Source of the DNA: Convolutriloba macropyga
Taxonomy: Eukaryota
Reading direction: 5' to 3'
Assembly (NCBI RefSeq): GCF_964194025.1
Contig: NC_134468.1
Span: forward strand, 34,472,001-34,536,000
DNA length: 64,000 nucleotides
In this document: positions 51,290 through 64,000 of the stretch, piece by piece
Numbering within the stretch: the first letter of the stretch is position 1
Layout of the letters: each line of letters starts with the position of its first letter
Notes under the pieces: generated by a model
Databases searched by the model: none
What the model was told of the DNA's origin: nothing
Seen by the model: the letters and a program-made list of their open reading frames with translations, nothing else
Position numbers and translations under genes: made by a program

Positions 51290-54200
51290 TAGCAGCACAC
51301 CTGACTTGCTCATCAGAAAGTTTCAAAGCATTATCTTGCAAGGTATGCGTCAGCGTATTTTAAAGAACCAGGTATAACAGCACCACGATATTATTAATAC
51401 CTAAAAACTAAAGCTTTCTTAAAAACAAGGAGTTTATTTCTTCCAAAAGTTATTTATGGAATCAGCTCTACATCTCATTAAAAACCAAAAAATTGCGTCC
51501 AAACAACCAATAAAGTCAATTGGAAAAACTAGAAGTTTCCAAAAATCTAGATATTTTTTAAAGAAATGGTTTGTAGATTTATCTGGAATTCAAGATTATT
51601 TAACATTGTGATCTTCAATTTCGGAGAAAAATTGTCTTCTTTCAAAAGGAACTTTTTATCGAGCAAAATTTCTTACAGCTAAATCACTGAATGATCAACT
51701 AGAAAACAATTTCTGATTTGCCATAACTGCTAGCTTAACATCATGAAGCTTCAAATATAAACAATCTGATTTCATTGCCTTTCTAGTATTTTATCACAAA
51801 AATAATGTCAACCATCTTGAGATTGGGAGCTGAGAAATTGTGCAGTACCAAGAATTAACGTATTCTTGATTTCTTGATTGTTTTTGCGCTATCACATTAT
51901 TGAAACAATTATCTCCATTTAGTAACCATAAGAATCTTAAAATATAAACTTTTCAATAAAAAAGATTGATACGAATAAAAAAAAGAATCAAACTGCGCAG
52001 ATAACTTTATTTGTTGCTGATCAAAATTATGAACAGAAAAAAAAAGTAAGCAGATAAGGTTTATAAACAATATTGATTTGAATATTTCACACTTTTGAAG
52101 GTTGACGAGAAAATTCTGTATGACTTCTTGTTAAAAATTGTATCGAATTGCACTTTTTATTAGAGGAACATTTTGCCAGCACTGTCTCTTTCCCGAGTTG
52201 CATTGTTCCAAAATCATACGCTCTTCGCTAACTTCAATCAGCAGTAAGTACAACAGTAGATACCTAAAAAATAGCGAAGTTTAACTATTTTAACCCTGTT
52301 TCTTGGCACACTTTGATCATAAGTTTTTGCTTTCAAAAAAGCAATGTTATCTGAGCTGTACAAAAATATCAAATGATAGTTTTGTAAGACAGCGGAAAAG
52401 ATGTCAGCAAACAACTATTCAAAGTACATTGCGGAAAGAAGTGGCGCGCACTGTTTTTACAGCTACTAATACCTATAGCTACTTAAAACGTTTAGAATCG
52501 AAAACACAAAATATCGTACAAAAAATTTTGATGAAAGTGCATTTTTTTGCATCTTAAACTTTTGAGTTCTTAAAATGGTTCTTTAAAAAGAAAGTTCGTT
52601 AGTTTGGCTTCCAGACAATTTTAGGTCAAAACGAACGCGCAGCTCACCTAACTTTCTCATCAGAAAGTTGCAAAGGTTGATCTTGCACGTTGAGCGTCAG
52701 CGTATTTTAAAGCAACAGTATAACAGTACCACGGTTTTATGAACACCCCAAAATTAACGCTTTCTTGAAAACAAGGAGTTTGTTTCTTCGAAAAGATATT
52801 TGTGGAAACAGCTCTACATCTCGTCAAAGAATTGAGGTCAAACATACAATAAAAAACAATTGAAAAAACTAGATAATTCGAAAAATCTGGATGTTTTTAT
52901 TGAAGTGGTTTGTAGATTTATCTGGAAATCAAGATTCGTTAACATTGTGGTCTTCAATTTCGGCGAAAAATTTTACTCTTTCAAAAAGAACTTTTGTTAC
53001 CGAGCAAAATTTTTTACAGCTAAACCACCGAATGATCAAATAGTAAATATTTTTTGATTTGCTATAACTGTTAGCTTAATATCATGAAGCTTCAAAATTA
53101 AACAATCTGATTTTTTTTCCTTTTAATTTTTTACAACAATAAAGTCAAGCAACTTGAGATTGGAAGGTGAGAAATTGTGCAGTACCAAGATTTTACCTCT
53201 CATTGACGTTTTTTGTTGTTTCTGACGCTATCAAAATTCCAAAACACGTATCTTTCTTTTAGTAATCATAAGAATCTGAACACTTAGATTTTTCAAAAAA
53301 AGCGACTTTGAATTCCTTTGTGTAAATCTTTCAACTTGACCTCTTTTAATCTTCTATTTCAGTTTAACCGAAGTCATTAAATACTGATAATCGGTTATCG
53401 GATAAAAATGGCGCGCACAATGGTGCTCAAAAAATTGCAATCAATGGCGTTATTGATAATCAGAAAGAATATGTCGCGCACTGTTTTATAGCTAATAATA
53501 CCCATAGTTACCTAAAACGTTTAAAATACAAAAAATCGTACACAAATTTGGATGAAAGTGTGCTTCTTGCATCTTATACTTGTGAGTTCTTAATATGATT
53601 CCTTAAAATGAAAACATTCAACAGTTCTTTCGTTTGGCTTCCAGACTTATTTAGATCAAAACCAACGGGCTGCTCACCTATATTGCTCATCAGAAAGTTG
53701 CAAAGTGTGATCTTGCACGTTGAGCGTCAGCGTATTTTAAAGCAACAAGTATAACAGCATCACGATTTTATGAATAGCTAAAAATTAAAGTTTTCTTGAA
53801 AACAAGGAGTTTGTTTCTTCCAAATATTTTTTGTGGAAACAGCTCTACATCTCGTCAAAAAATTGAGGTCAAACATGCAATGAAAAACAATTGAAAAAAA
53901 CTAGATAAGTCTGGATGTTTTTATTGCAGTGGTTTGTAGATTTATCTGGAAATCAAGATTCGTTAACTGATCTTCAATTTCGGAGAAAAATTTTACTCTT
54001 TCAAAAGGAACTTTTTTACCGAGCACATTTTTTTACAATTAAGTTGCTGAATGATCAAATTGAAAAAAAAAATTCGATTTGCTATAACTGCTAGCTTATT
54101 ATAATGAAGCTTCAAATATAAACAATCTGAAATAATTTCGTCACAACAATAACGTATTTAGTATGCCTAATAAGTATTTTGTCACGACAATAACGTTAAC

Positions 54201-55430
54201 CATCTTGAGGTTGGAAGGTGAGAGATTGTGCAGTACCCAGAATTAACCTATCACTGACGTTCGTGATTGTTTCTGACGCTATCACAATTTTGAAACATTT
54301 ATTTTTTAGTAATCATAAGAATCTGAACATATAGATTTCTCAAAAAAAGAATGAAGTTGAATTTCTTTGTGTGTATCTTGTCCTTGATCAACCTTCTAGA
54401 TCGATTTAACGGAAGTCCTTAGAGACTGATAATCGGTAATTGAAAACCTAAAAAAACGAGAGCTTGCAAATCGTTATTCAAGATGCACTCTGTAACATAC
54501 CACAGGGTAACTTATCGTTTGCACAATTTCAAGCCACAAAGACGCTCCCATAACTTGAGTTAAAGATGAATTTGAGGCCGATAGGCTTGACATGGCCTGT
54601 TAGCTTTTCGCTGGCCAATATCGATCAATTCGTTTCATATATGAGGTAATCTGAACCTGATATTACCTAAATAGACAACCACCAGAGGCGTTCATTTTGA
54701 TTGATAATTGTTAACTACAGTATTTTTGCCTAATTGTGGCTTTTTAAATTTTTCTAATTTTAGTTGTCCCATTTTGTTTACTTTCCAATTTTTTGAACCA
54801 CAATTTTTCTTGTATTCTTGTTTTCACTACCGAATATTGCAGATAACTTTATTTGCTGCAGATCAAACAGATAAGGTTCATAAACAAGATTGATTTAAAT
54901 ATTTCACACTTTCGGAGATTGACGAGGAAATGATATACGGCTTCTTGTTGAAAATTGTTTACAATTGCACCTTTTATTGCAGGAACAATTCTCCAGCACT
55001 AACTCGTACCCGAGTTGCATTGTTCCAAAATCATACGTTCTTCGTTAACTTCAACCAGCAAAAAGTACAACAGCAGATACCTAAAAAATAGCGAAATTAA
55101 ACTATTTTAATCCTGTTTCTTGGCACACTTTGATCATAAGTTTTTGCTTTCAATTAAGCAATGTTATCTGAGCTGTACAAAAAGATCAAATGATATTTCT
55201 GGAAGACAGCGAAAAAGATGTCAGCAAGCAATTATTCAAAGTACATTGCGGAAAGAAATGGCGCGCACTGTTTTTATAGCTACTAATACTTATTGTACCT
55301 TAAAACGTTCAAAATTCAAAATATCGTACAAAAAATTTGTATAATAATGGGCATTTTCATCCTTAACTTATGAGTTCTCAAAATGTTGTTTTAAAGTGAA
55401 ATATTCAACAGTTCTTTGGTTTGGCTTCTG
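51290..55430. repeat. Complex diverged tandem duplication of ~0.6-0.7 kb blocks (A-B-A-C-b-A-C..B)
   Basis: Block A (CTCATCAGAAAGTT..GCGTCAGCGTATTTTAAAG) at ~51309, 52656 and 53686. Block B (GCAGATAACTTTATTTG..TTGGCACACTTTGATCATAAG) at ~51997 and 54839. Confidence 0.9.
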
Positions 55431-58400
55431 AAAAACTAAACTTTTACTAATAAAAATTACATTTCATAAAATGTACTTGATACCATGATTTTTAAGTTAA
55501 GTGAGCAGAAAACTCAGAAAACTATCTATATTGAAATGCCAATGTTTCAACTCATCATCTTCCAGCTCAACAAAATTCAACGATAAAAATCACTTTTTAA
55601 AATTTACTTTGTTTTATGTTCTTAATTGTCTTTTGAAGTAGTAGTAAAATAAATTTACTTCCAAATATGGCTGCTAATTTCAAAATGTAACTTTAAATAT
55701 CAATTGAGCCGTAATTTGTTAATATGTGAAAATACTCGCCTGTTTTTTGGTTTCCAGACATAACAAATTATTTCTTGTTTCATAAGATAATATTCAATTG
55801 AAAACTCGAAAAATTGAAATTAATGTATGAAAGATATTCTATAATTTGATTTGGTGTCAAATTTTACTTTTCTTACTGATCCGACCCCAGTTCAACCTGG
55901 AGGGAAACTACATACCTTAAGAGTATTTTTGTTCAGTCAATTTTTTGCTTAACGATTTTTTTCGGAGCAAAATTCTTCAATAATAAGAAACAGAAAAAAA
56001 TTAATTGGAACTTTTTACGTCCGCTCGTTCTTTATATGATAATCGGTTGTGTAATTAGTCCATTGTGCTATTTTTTTTACCAATTTGATCTTTGTTTCGT
56101 CAAGCTTTCGCAATAATTTCTACTCTTGTCTCATTATTGAAGTAAACTAATCCTAATCTCGAATTAAATTAATCAACCACTTACAGAAAGTATTTCAATT
56201 TAGCTTGTTTGTTACGTAGCTTTCCCAAGAAAATAAACAAAAATGATATTTTCTGGCATAATTTTTGCCTATTTCGGTTGAAGTGAGGACGAGCGAGTTG
56301 AACATTTTGTGAAAGTTACATACTATCGCAATTTTACAACTTCTCTGGAATTAGCAAATAAGTGTTAGCGTTAGTGAGTAAAACATCTACACTTTTTTAA
56401 AAAACACCTCTATCGCATGATTGTACGATGGATGGAAAAACTTTCCAACCTTTTTCACCATTGGTCGGCTTTTTGCAGCCATTCTGCTCATTATGTTTTT
56501 CTTCATCCTCCGAATTGTAAAAAAAGGTATGTTTTCGAGGGTGAAACTAAAATGGTCTTAACAACTTTTTCTTTGGTTTTAAAAAAAATTGTTGCAGACA
56601 ACTGCTGAAAACTCAAAAGCAAATTCTTTTTGGTTATTTTTGTTGTCCAAACCCAAACTTTAACACTGAAGAGATGAAGAATTATCTTCAAACCAAATAC
56701 CCAAAAAGGCACGAAACCTTGTGATCAGATATATTTTGTATACATATTTTTAGTTTTACAGATTGTAGTCATGAGCACAAAGTCTTCTTCTGGCAGAAGT
56801 AAGCAAGCAAACTTTATAATTTAGTAAGTTACAGCATTTATTGTTCTACAATATTGACGACCAATTTTTCACAAAAATCGATTTTCATCACAATAACTGT
56901 GAGGCTTGTGCATGATATAGCAATTAACGACCAAACTAAAGAAACCACCAAACTCAAAGCGTGAAAAATTCAAAAAAAGATTTATTTTTTCAGACAAGAA
57001 GAGAACTTCTTTCACACCTACATCTACATCAATGAAATTAAGGGAAAAAATCATCAGCCGTCATTTGATTAAGAAACAACTTTTGCTGAAAACTCAAACA
57101 AACTGGAAAAAATAGAACTTCTTCTATGAATGTCTTTTCCCAAAACGTGATGAATAAAATAAGGGACATCTACATGATCAGTGCCGGGGAGTACCACTAT
57201 ACAAAAACGGCACAAACTTTTTGAAAAACCAATATATTTGAGCCAGTATATAACATATAAATCTTGGGCCATATGATTAAGAGCCCCATTGATTTCACAT
57301 CTCGTCATAAAATCAAATCAATGTTAATCACATTTTAAATCACATCAATGATAGTCCCAATTTTAATCACATTTTTGCTCATTCTTAGGAATTGAAAAAA
57401 AAGACATTTATCGTTGCGTTGAGTAAATTAACTCCATAACATCCGATTTTTGAGAGCCAATCTTTCATAATTGTTTGAATTAAAAATCAATTAATTTTTG
57501 AATTGAAAATACAATTTTGCATTGCAAATGAAAAAAAATTAAACAAGAATTTTAATCGGTTAGATACGATACAGTTTGCATCTATTATGCGTTCAAATTT
57601 TGAGTTCTTCAGAAGTTTTGCAACATAAATGAACATTGGAATGAACAAATATTATTTCCAACGAGCTATTTAGTTTTATGGCCTTGATAACTTAATTTCA
57701 GACAAGAGAAAGTTTAAGAAATATGAAAATGTAAATAACTTTTTTCTGAAATTTATCGTTTAAAAAGGTTGCATCAAGATGTCAATCTATTCTTGAATTT
57801 GTTTTCTGATACTATAATCCTAAATCTTTTCTACCTTCAAAATTATCCCTGAATATGTCAATATCTTTTTTCCATATTGCTGTGCTGTGCAATTGATCTA
57901 CATCAACCATAAACATTTGCTCAAAACTGCAAAATCTATATACACTAAATGAAAATAAACATTTCAGAAGCCGTTTTTAAATGCATAAAAATACTTTTGG
58001 TTTTTGCGTAACTTTTTTTCTGCATTTCACTTCACGCCTGAATATTTGAATGTCTAAATCTTAGTTCATCGAGCCAAATTCAAAAGAAGTATTAAGATTG
58101 CGCATTTTTGTATGATAGCGAAGAGACTGCTACAGATCTTGGCAATTTTGGAAAGAGAAATAAAAATTATCATTTAGCAGTTAGCATAACCTCCTGAATT
58201 TATTTAATCCATACTTAGGATCTAGAGTAGCAGAAAATCAAATGAGACAAGAGGAATTGGTGATTAATGTTTAGGTAAAAAAATAAAAAGAATCAAATTT
58301 CTGTGTTCCGCAGGAGGCTTCAGTAGTTCAATTGCTTCGAGAGAAAAATTAGAAAATTAAAATAGTATTTCTCCTTTATCCCCAGAAAACAAAGCCTTGA

Positions 58401-58749
58401 CAATTGAATTGTTAATCAAATTGAGTCCCTATACTTGATTGCTAAATTCTAATTCAATCCTTGTTATTAGAAAACAAAATTGCGATACTTTTCTTGGTCT
58501 CATTTTTTTTCTAACATTTGACTGGAGACGCCCCTATTGCTTAACATTCATATCATTAGCCAAAAAGACTATTTGTCTTACGAAAAACATGCAAACACGG
58601 CACATCGTTTTTTTAACCTTTTTTTCATAAGTTAATTCATGGTAAAAAATACATGCTGAAAAGTTGCAAAATCATATCACGTTTTTTTAACAAAAACCAA
58701 AAAAATAGTTTTGCCTCACAGTGTCGATGGATAGTGTAGATCAGTAAAA

Positions 58750-61100
58750 ACTACTGAAAACCAAAAATGCGTTGCAGTCTGCTAGGTTAAATTTTCTTCT
58801 CTCTGCGGACTTTCTACGTCGTTTTTGCGCATCTGTTGTTTTTCGTTCCATTTGTACGTTCCATTTGACAAATTTGCCATATCAAAGACAAAGAAACGAC
58901 AAACAAACTTGATGATTGCTGATCCAGGAGCCAGTAGTTCATTTATGCCATCGACGTTCTTTTTGGACCGATTTTGATAAGTTCCTTTGCAGGCTAATTT
59001 TAGTTGTACAGCTTGCTATTCAATATGTGGCAGAAGACAGAAACCTTGCTTGACAGAAGACTTGCATCCGAACAGTCGTTCTACCGTTCCTTGTTGCGTG
59101 TATCGTTCTCTCCACCTAAATGGTCGATTGATTTTTCCTCAAAACCAAGTTCGCTACGTTTGGAGAAGTACTTATATTGCTGTACAGAATTTTTGCTTGT
59201 TTAACATGTGTGCTTCGAATGGCAAAAACTATTGTTTTTTTCATATGCAGGGGGGCTGATGTAATATTGATTTTACTGTGGATTTTAACGTCGGATGAGT
59301 TTTCATATCGAATTTATACCTTTATACGTACAAGGAAATCTTTTGTGGATTGCATGAGTTAGTATACAAAATCAGTTGCTTTCTGGTCATTAGCGTTATA
59401 GTGACCAGAAATTTAAATAATTTGAATATTTTTCTCTGCAAACTGTTTGTACCTATTCCCCATTAATTCAAGACGATTGATGTAATCTATTTGATCTAAG
59501 CATGCCACGAGTTAGCATCTAATTATCTTTTTGGACCATGCACGTTTTCAAATACTTCAGTTCAGGATATTTAGAAGTCTGTCGATACGCTCAAGAAAAA
59601 AATTAATGTTGGCTTTCATTATTTAGTAGGCTAACGAAATCTACTTGTACTTTTCGATTTGGCATGATGTATGGTTTATGTGGTTGAATTTGTCTGGTGG
59701 GCATTAAAAACTTTACGTTCTTACGAATCACACTGAATGGTTGAAATTCTGTCAACGGTACAGGGAGTAAGCTGTTCATGTTGGGCCACGAAGTGTTGCG
59801 AATTAAGTGCCAACCAATAGGTCGGCTGGGATGTAAGTCTTCTATTAAGGCATCTTACAGAACAGAACGTGGGCCAGCTTCTCATTCATACACAGAGACA
59901 ACCAGATCAGAGGTGAAAGCCTCTCCAATATGAGCGGTGAGAGGGATTAACCTCATTTAGGCTTATTTCTCAGGATGAAGTCTCGAACTTCTTTAAATAT
60001 CACATCATAGGAATTGAGTCAGGCTATTAGTTTTTTGTTGAAAACAGTTCCTACTCTTATCAAATGAGAGCATTTGAGGGCTTTCCCTGAGTGGTGTACG
60101 CAGAGTGGATGGTGTTGGGAACGCGGCGGGGTATTTTCGGGTTCGTGGTAGAGTCAAATCATAACCGTGGTGATGCTCTACTGAAGCTCAAAAACCTCGA
60201 TGTTTGAGTTGTTCTCTAGGATGATGAGTATATTTGATGTATTATTAATTGCTTTAGTTGCAAAATTTTTGTTAATTTTTGAGAGACAAGTACCTGAATT
60301 TACTAGTTGTGTTGGGTGCAACGTAAAATCTAATTGTTTGTGAAGTTTGCTCGTGATCTATGTGTGGAATATCAGCCTTGATGCGTGTAAACATTCTTAT
60401 TTTGGCAATGAAGTGGAGTTGCGTGAATATCCGACATTTTAGCATGTATAGTATCTTCACTTTGGAATACAAACCGGGGGACATCATCTGTTTTTACGAC
60501 TGGAATATATACGCGGGATATTAGAACATGTAGTGGCAAGTTTTGAATGGTTTGTTCTGGGGCAAGTATACGTGTTTGATAGAACTTTTTTAACTCAGTA
60601 AAGTCTGTTTAACTTGTTTAACTGGAAGTAGATTTTTTGTAAAATTTTAGCTGCTTTGGAAAACCGAATTAAAGTAGTCAAAAGAACTTCTTCCTCAGAA
60701 GCGGTTATACTTTTTGCTGGTTCATATGGTTTGCGGGAAATGTTATCAACAAGACTCATTTTTGCGCATGGCAATTTCTCATTTTGAATTGATATGGTAA
60801 GAGGCGGTTCTACTATATAGATGAACGAACTAATAACGTTTGGTTGCTTAGATCTATATTTTTGAGAATAGAAATAAAGATCCGGTGATCAGTAACGAAC
60901 GTAAATTTTATCGCGCAAAAGTATTCGATTGACCGGATAACTCAAAATAAGTCAAGATTGTTTGTAGTTCTATTTTAAAATCCGAGCAAACTTTGAGCTG
61001 CATGGGTTTTCATACAGAAACAGTCAATTGTTCCATAGCAAAATGACCTTTTTGGTAAATAGATGCGTCATTTGTCTGAGTGCTCTTTTTGAGATTTTCT
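58750..61100 (-). pseudogene. Heavily eroded second Gypsy pol (RNase H to integrase)
   Basis: Manual minus-strand fragments: IRSIEYF, VTDHR..SILK, RLLPYQFK..LPCAKMSLVDNISRKP (60720-60960); DALIEDLH and RKNVK (59700-59870); PFEAH..SNIST (~59150-59230). Confidence 0.75.
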
Positions 61101-61260
61101 AAAAACAATTTACGAATGATTATCATCCGCTCCCCTGCCAAAATATATGACATCTACAAAAATTGTCTGCTTTAGTTTAGTCCACAGCGATTGGGGTGCA
61201 TAGTATTCAAGTTTAGCGATAATATCGGTAAATCAGTAAGAAATCAATTCTGAAACGATA

Positions 61261-62465
61261 CCCAGGATGAAGTCCGCGACCCAAGACAGGTATTGGCCAG
61301 ACCGACCATACCCAAAACAGGCATTGGCCAGACCGACAATACCCAAAGATAGGTATTGGCCAGACCGAGCAGACTTTGGCCACCATTGGCCAGACTGAAC
61401 AGACTTTGGCACCATTGGCCAGACTGACCAGACATTGTCCAGACCATTGGGCAGACCGAACAGACCTTAGGCCAGACCGTTGTCCAGACCATCGGCCAGA
61501 CCGTTGTCCAGACCAATGGCCAAACCGAACACACCCTAGGCCAGACCATTGTCCAGACAGTAGGCCAGACCATCCGCCAGACCGTTGTCAAGATTAATGG
61601 CCAGACCGAACAGATCTTAGGCCAGACCATTGTCCAGACCGTAAGCCAGACCATCCGCCAGACCGTTGTCAAGATTAATGGCCAGACCGAACAGACCTTA
61701 GGCCAGACCATTGTCCAGACCGTAGGCCAGACCATCCTCCAGACCGTTGTCCAGACCATTGGCCAGACCGAACAGATCCTAGGCCAGACTAATAGCCAGA
61801 CTCATTTAAACGTGTATAAGCATCCAATAAAATTTATATTTTATTCACTTCGTTTTTTTGAATGACAAATGAATATGAGATTTTAAAAAGAAATTATTGA
61901 AAAAAAACCGTCGATTTAAAGACAAATGCAAATTTCAAAAGAAGGTTACTGAAGTATTCTAATCATCTAGAAGTAGATGTCGTTTACCATTTATGGGCTG
62001 CTATTTTGAAAAACGGTCAATACAGCACGCATTTATGCAATTTGGCTCTTATTTGGCTGGACCTCTAGGTCTTGAAATTAGGTATTGGCCAGACCGAAAA
62101 GACCAAAATATGGGTATTGGCCAGACCGAACAGACCAAAATAAGGGTATTGGCCAGACTGAACAGGCCGAAAATTGGGTATTGGCCAGTCCGAACAGGCC
62201 GAAATTTGAGTATTGGCCAGACCGAACCGGCCGAAATAAGGGTATTGGCCAGACCGAACAGACCGAAATATGGGTTTTGGCCAGACCGAACAGACCGAAA
62301 TATGGCTATTCGCCAGACCGAACAGACTAAAAGTGCCATTGGCCAGACGGAAGGCGCGACCCAAATTTTTTCCAGACCATTGTGGACGGTCGCACCGTAC
62401 CCCCCTGTCCGCGACCCAAGTCGGTCTGGCCAATACCTGTCTTGGGTCGCAGACTTCATCCTGGG
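61261..62465. mobile_element. Non-autonomous CMC/EnSpm-type element (1205 bp), 46-bp TIRs, TA duplication, dense CCAGACC subterminal repeats
   Basis: TA|CCCAGGATGAAGTCCGCGACCCAAGACAGGTATTGGCCAGACCGAC with its reverse complement (1 mismatch) ending CTGGG|TA. Confidence 0.93.
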
Positions 62466-63419
62466 TATGTGCCCGTCAGATTATCATTAACAATAATGAA
62501 ATAAAAATATTCTGCAGTATCAAAGTAAAGATTGAGCTGTTTATAAAAAAAATTGAAATCAATGGCCAAAAACTAAGCTTGAATTTTCGTACCGTACTGA
62601 TGATCAATTATTGTTTGGGATATAGAGATCACTGAAGTGTCAATACGGGGCACTGGATATTCATTTTGAAGTATATCTTTACAATCGCAGACCAATTTTA
62701 TTACTCCAGCTTCTTACCGTGATGATAATTGTTGATATAAAATCTGGTCAGAACAATTATCATTTTTTTCCAATGTGACATTCTCTTAGAAGTTTACCAG
62801 GTTTGGTACCCAGCACAATTTATGGTATTCAACTGCGCCATTGAATATATGATATAAAAATTTAGGGATATGCTTCCATTACAGTAAATAAACATACCTA
62901 TTGTTTTAAAAGAGAAAGGCACATTTAATAATAATTTAGGACACCCCAACTCCTAAAATCGTGACTCTTGAGCTAAATACTTATTTTTGTCATCACGCTT
63001 ATAAAATTTAACCGTTTTCACTAGAAACAAATTTGAGTTGAATTTTACCTTTGCTCGAATTCATAAATCTTTCTTTTCCCAGGCCATGTTAAGTTTTCCC
63101 ATTACTAGTTTTATAGTAATTTATGTTTCGCGTGGTATACTGGTATGTAAAGGTTTGTGAGTTTTGGTAAGAACGTTTGGGTTCAGTTTCGGTAGGTAGA
63201 ACTGTTCAGAATTTTGTAGGTAAAAGTCCGGGTATGGTAATAACAGATAATTGTATGGTTGATAAACGTCTAGGTTCAAGTTAGGGTGACGTTGCAGGCT
63301 CGGTAGGTTAAGATTTTGGGGATAATTTCCAACAAGATCTCAAACTCTAGCTGGAACAATAGATCCACTTATATTGCTCTGTCAAAAGCATTTAGCTTCA
63401 GGGGGCTACGTTGGAAGAG

Positions 63420-63870
63420 TTTCTCTGAAAACACCTGTTTTCTAAAGCTCAAGTCCTGGAGTACGCTTCCATCAAATAGATTCTCAATGTGTCATTGCTG
63501 GATTAATGAACAATGAGAAAAATAACATGACAAACCCGGTTGCTGCAATTGCTGAAGACGTTGCAATCAACACTGCAATGGGCATAGACAATTATCGTGT
63601 TATCGTGATATTAAAGATCATATCTGAGGCATTTCGAAGCCCGAAAAACAAAAGTTGATTGACGAAGCACAGTGAATGATTTTGTTGGACGGTCAAAAAC
63701 CTGTGTTTTGCTTAATGAAAATTCGGAGAAAGGCTGAATGCAACTCAACGTTACATGATGATGTCTTAAAGAAACGGTTTATGCAAGCACTGCCCATATC
63801 GGTAAAAACGGCACTCTCAGCCCACCTAGAAATTCCTGTTGGACAATTTGTTGTCTCACCTTAGTCGGCC
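63420..63870 (+). pseudogene. Eroded Gypsy gag remnant
   Basis: LDGQKP..LMKIRRKA..DDVLKKRFMQALPISVKTAL resembles the LGDRKPS..L..MR..DD.L...F.Q.LP Gag capsid pattern. Upstream fragment P.F..SP...FHQIDSQ..AAIAEDVA. Confidence 0.6.
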
Positions 63871-64000
63871 AAATTAGTTGATTCAACTTACATCTACTCA
63901 AACATTAGTTACCACACCAACTCTAAATGTATTTGCAGCCTCAACAAAACAGATGCCAACAAGACTATTGTAAAATCAGCAATACCATTGAAAATCAAAT

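Noticed and set aside
56760-57330. Possible small spliced plus-strand gene (ATG at 56771, GTAAGC donor, TTTCAG acceptor)
   Set aside because: The downstream frame has several stops and no recognisable domain.
61233-62635. Repetitive VWPT/GQTE ORFs
   Set aside because: Translations of CCAGACC subterminal repeats.

Overview
This is an AT-rich, repeat-dominated eukaryotic (probably invertebrate animal) window with no confident host protein-coding gene. Two cargo-rich mobile elements dominate it. (1) 1-~9790, minus strand: a decayed, 5'-interrupted Ty3/Gypsy retrovirus-like element. Its Pol carries a TARG1/OARD1-type macrodomain directly upstream of RT-RNaseH-integrase. Downstream lie an antisense intron-containing ORF, an ORF made of three ~105-aa repeats, and a probable class III (chuvirus G/gB-like) envelope gene that runs off the window. 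(2) 11620-32549: a complete ~20.9-kb CMC/EnSpm(CACTA)-type DNA transposon with TA|CCCGGGTTGAC...GTCAACCCGGG|TA ends. Its transposase is fused in frame to a Suv4-20-like SET domain. It carries five more co-oriented genes (two BEN-like paralogues, HTH-psq+Zn finger, RING, SGNH hydrolase) and five tandem arrays with periods near 180 or 360 bp. The rest is non-coding DNA with microsatellites, a 222-N gap, a ~4-kb complex duplication, heavily eroded Gypsy pol and gag remnants, and a 1.2-kb non-autonomous CMC element. Domain calls are by-eye motif recognition; no searches were run.
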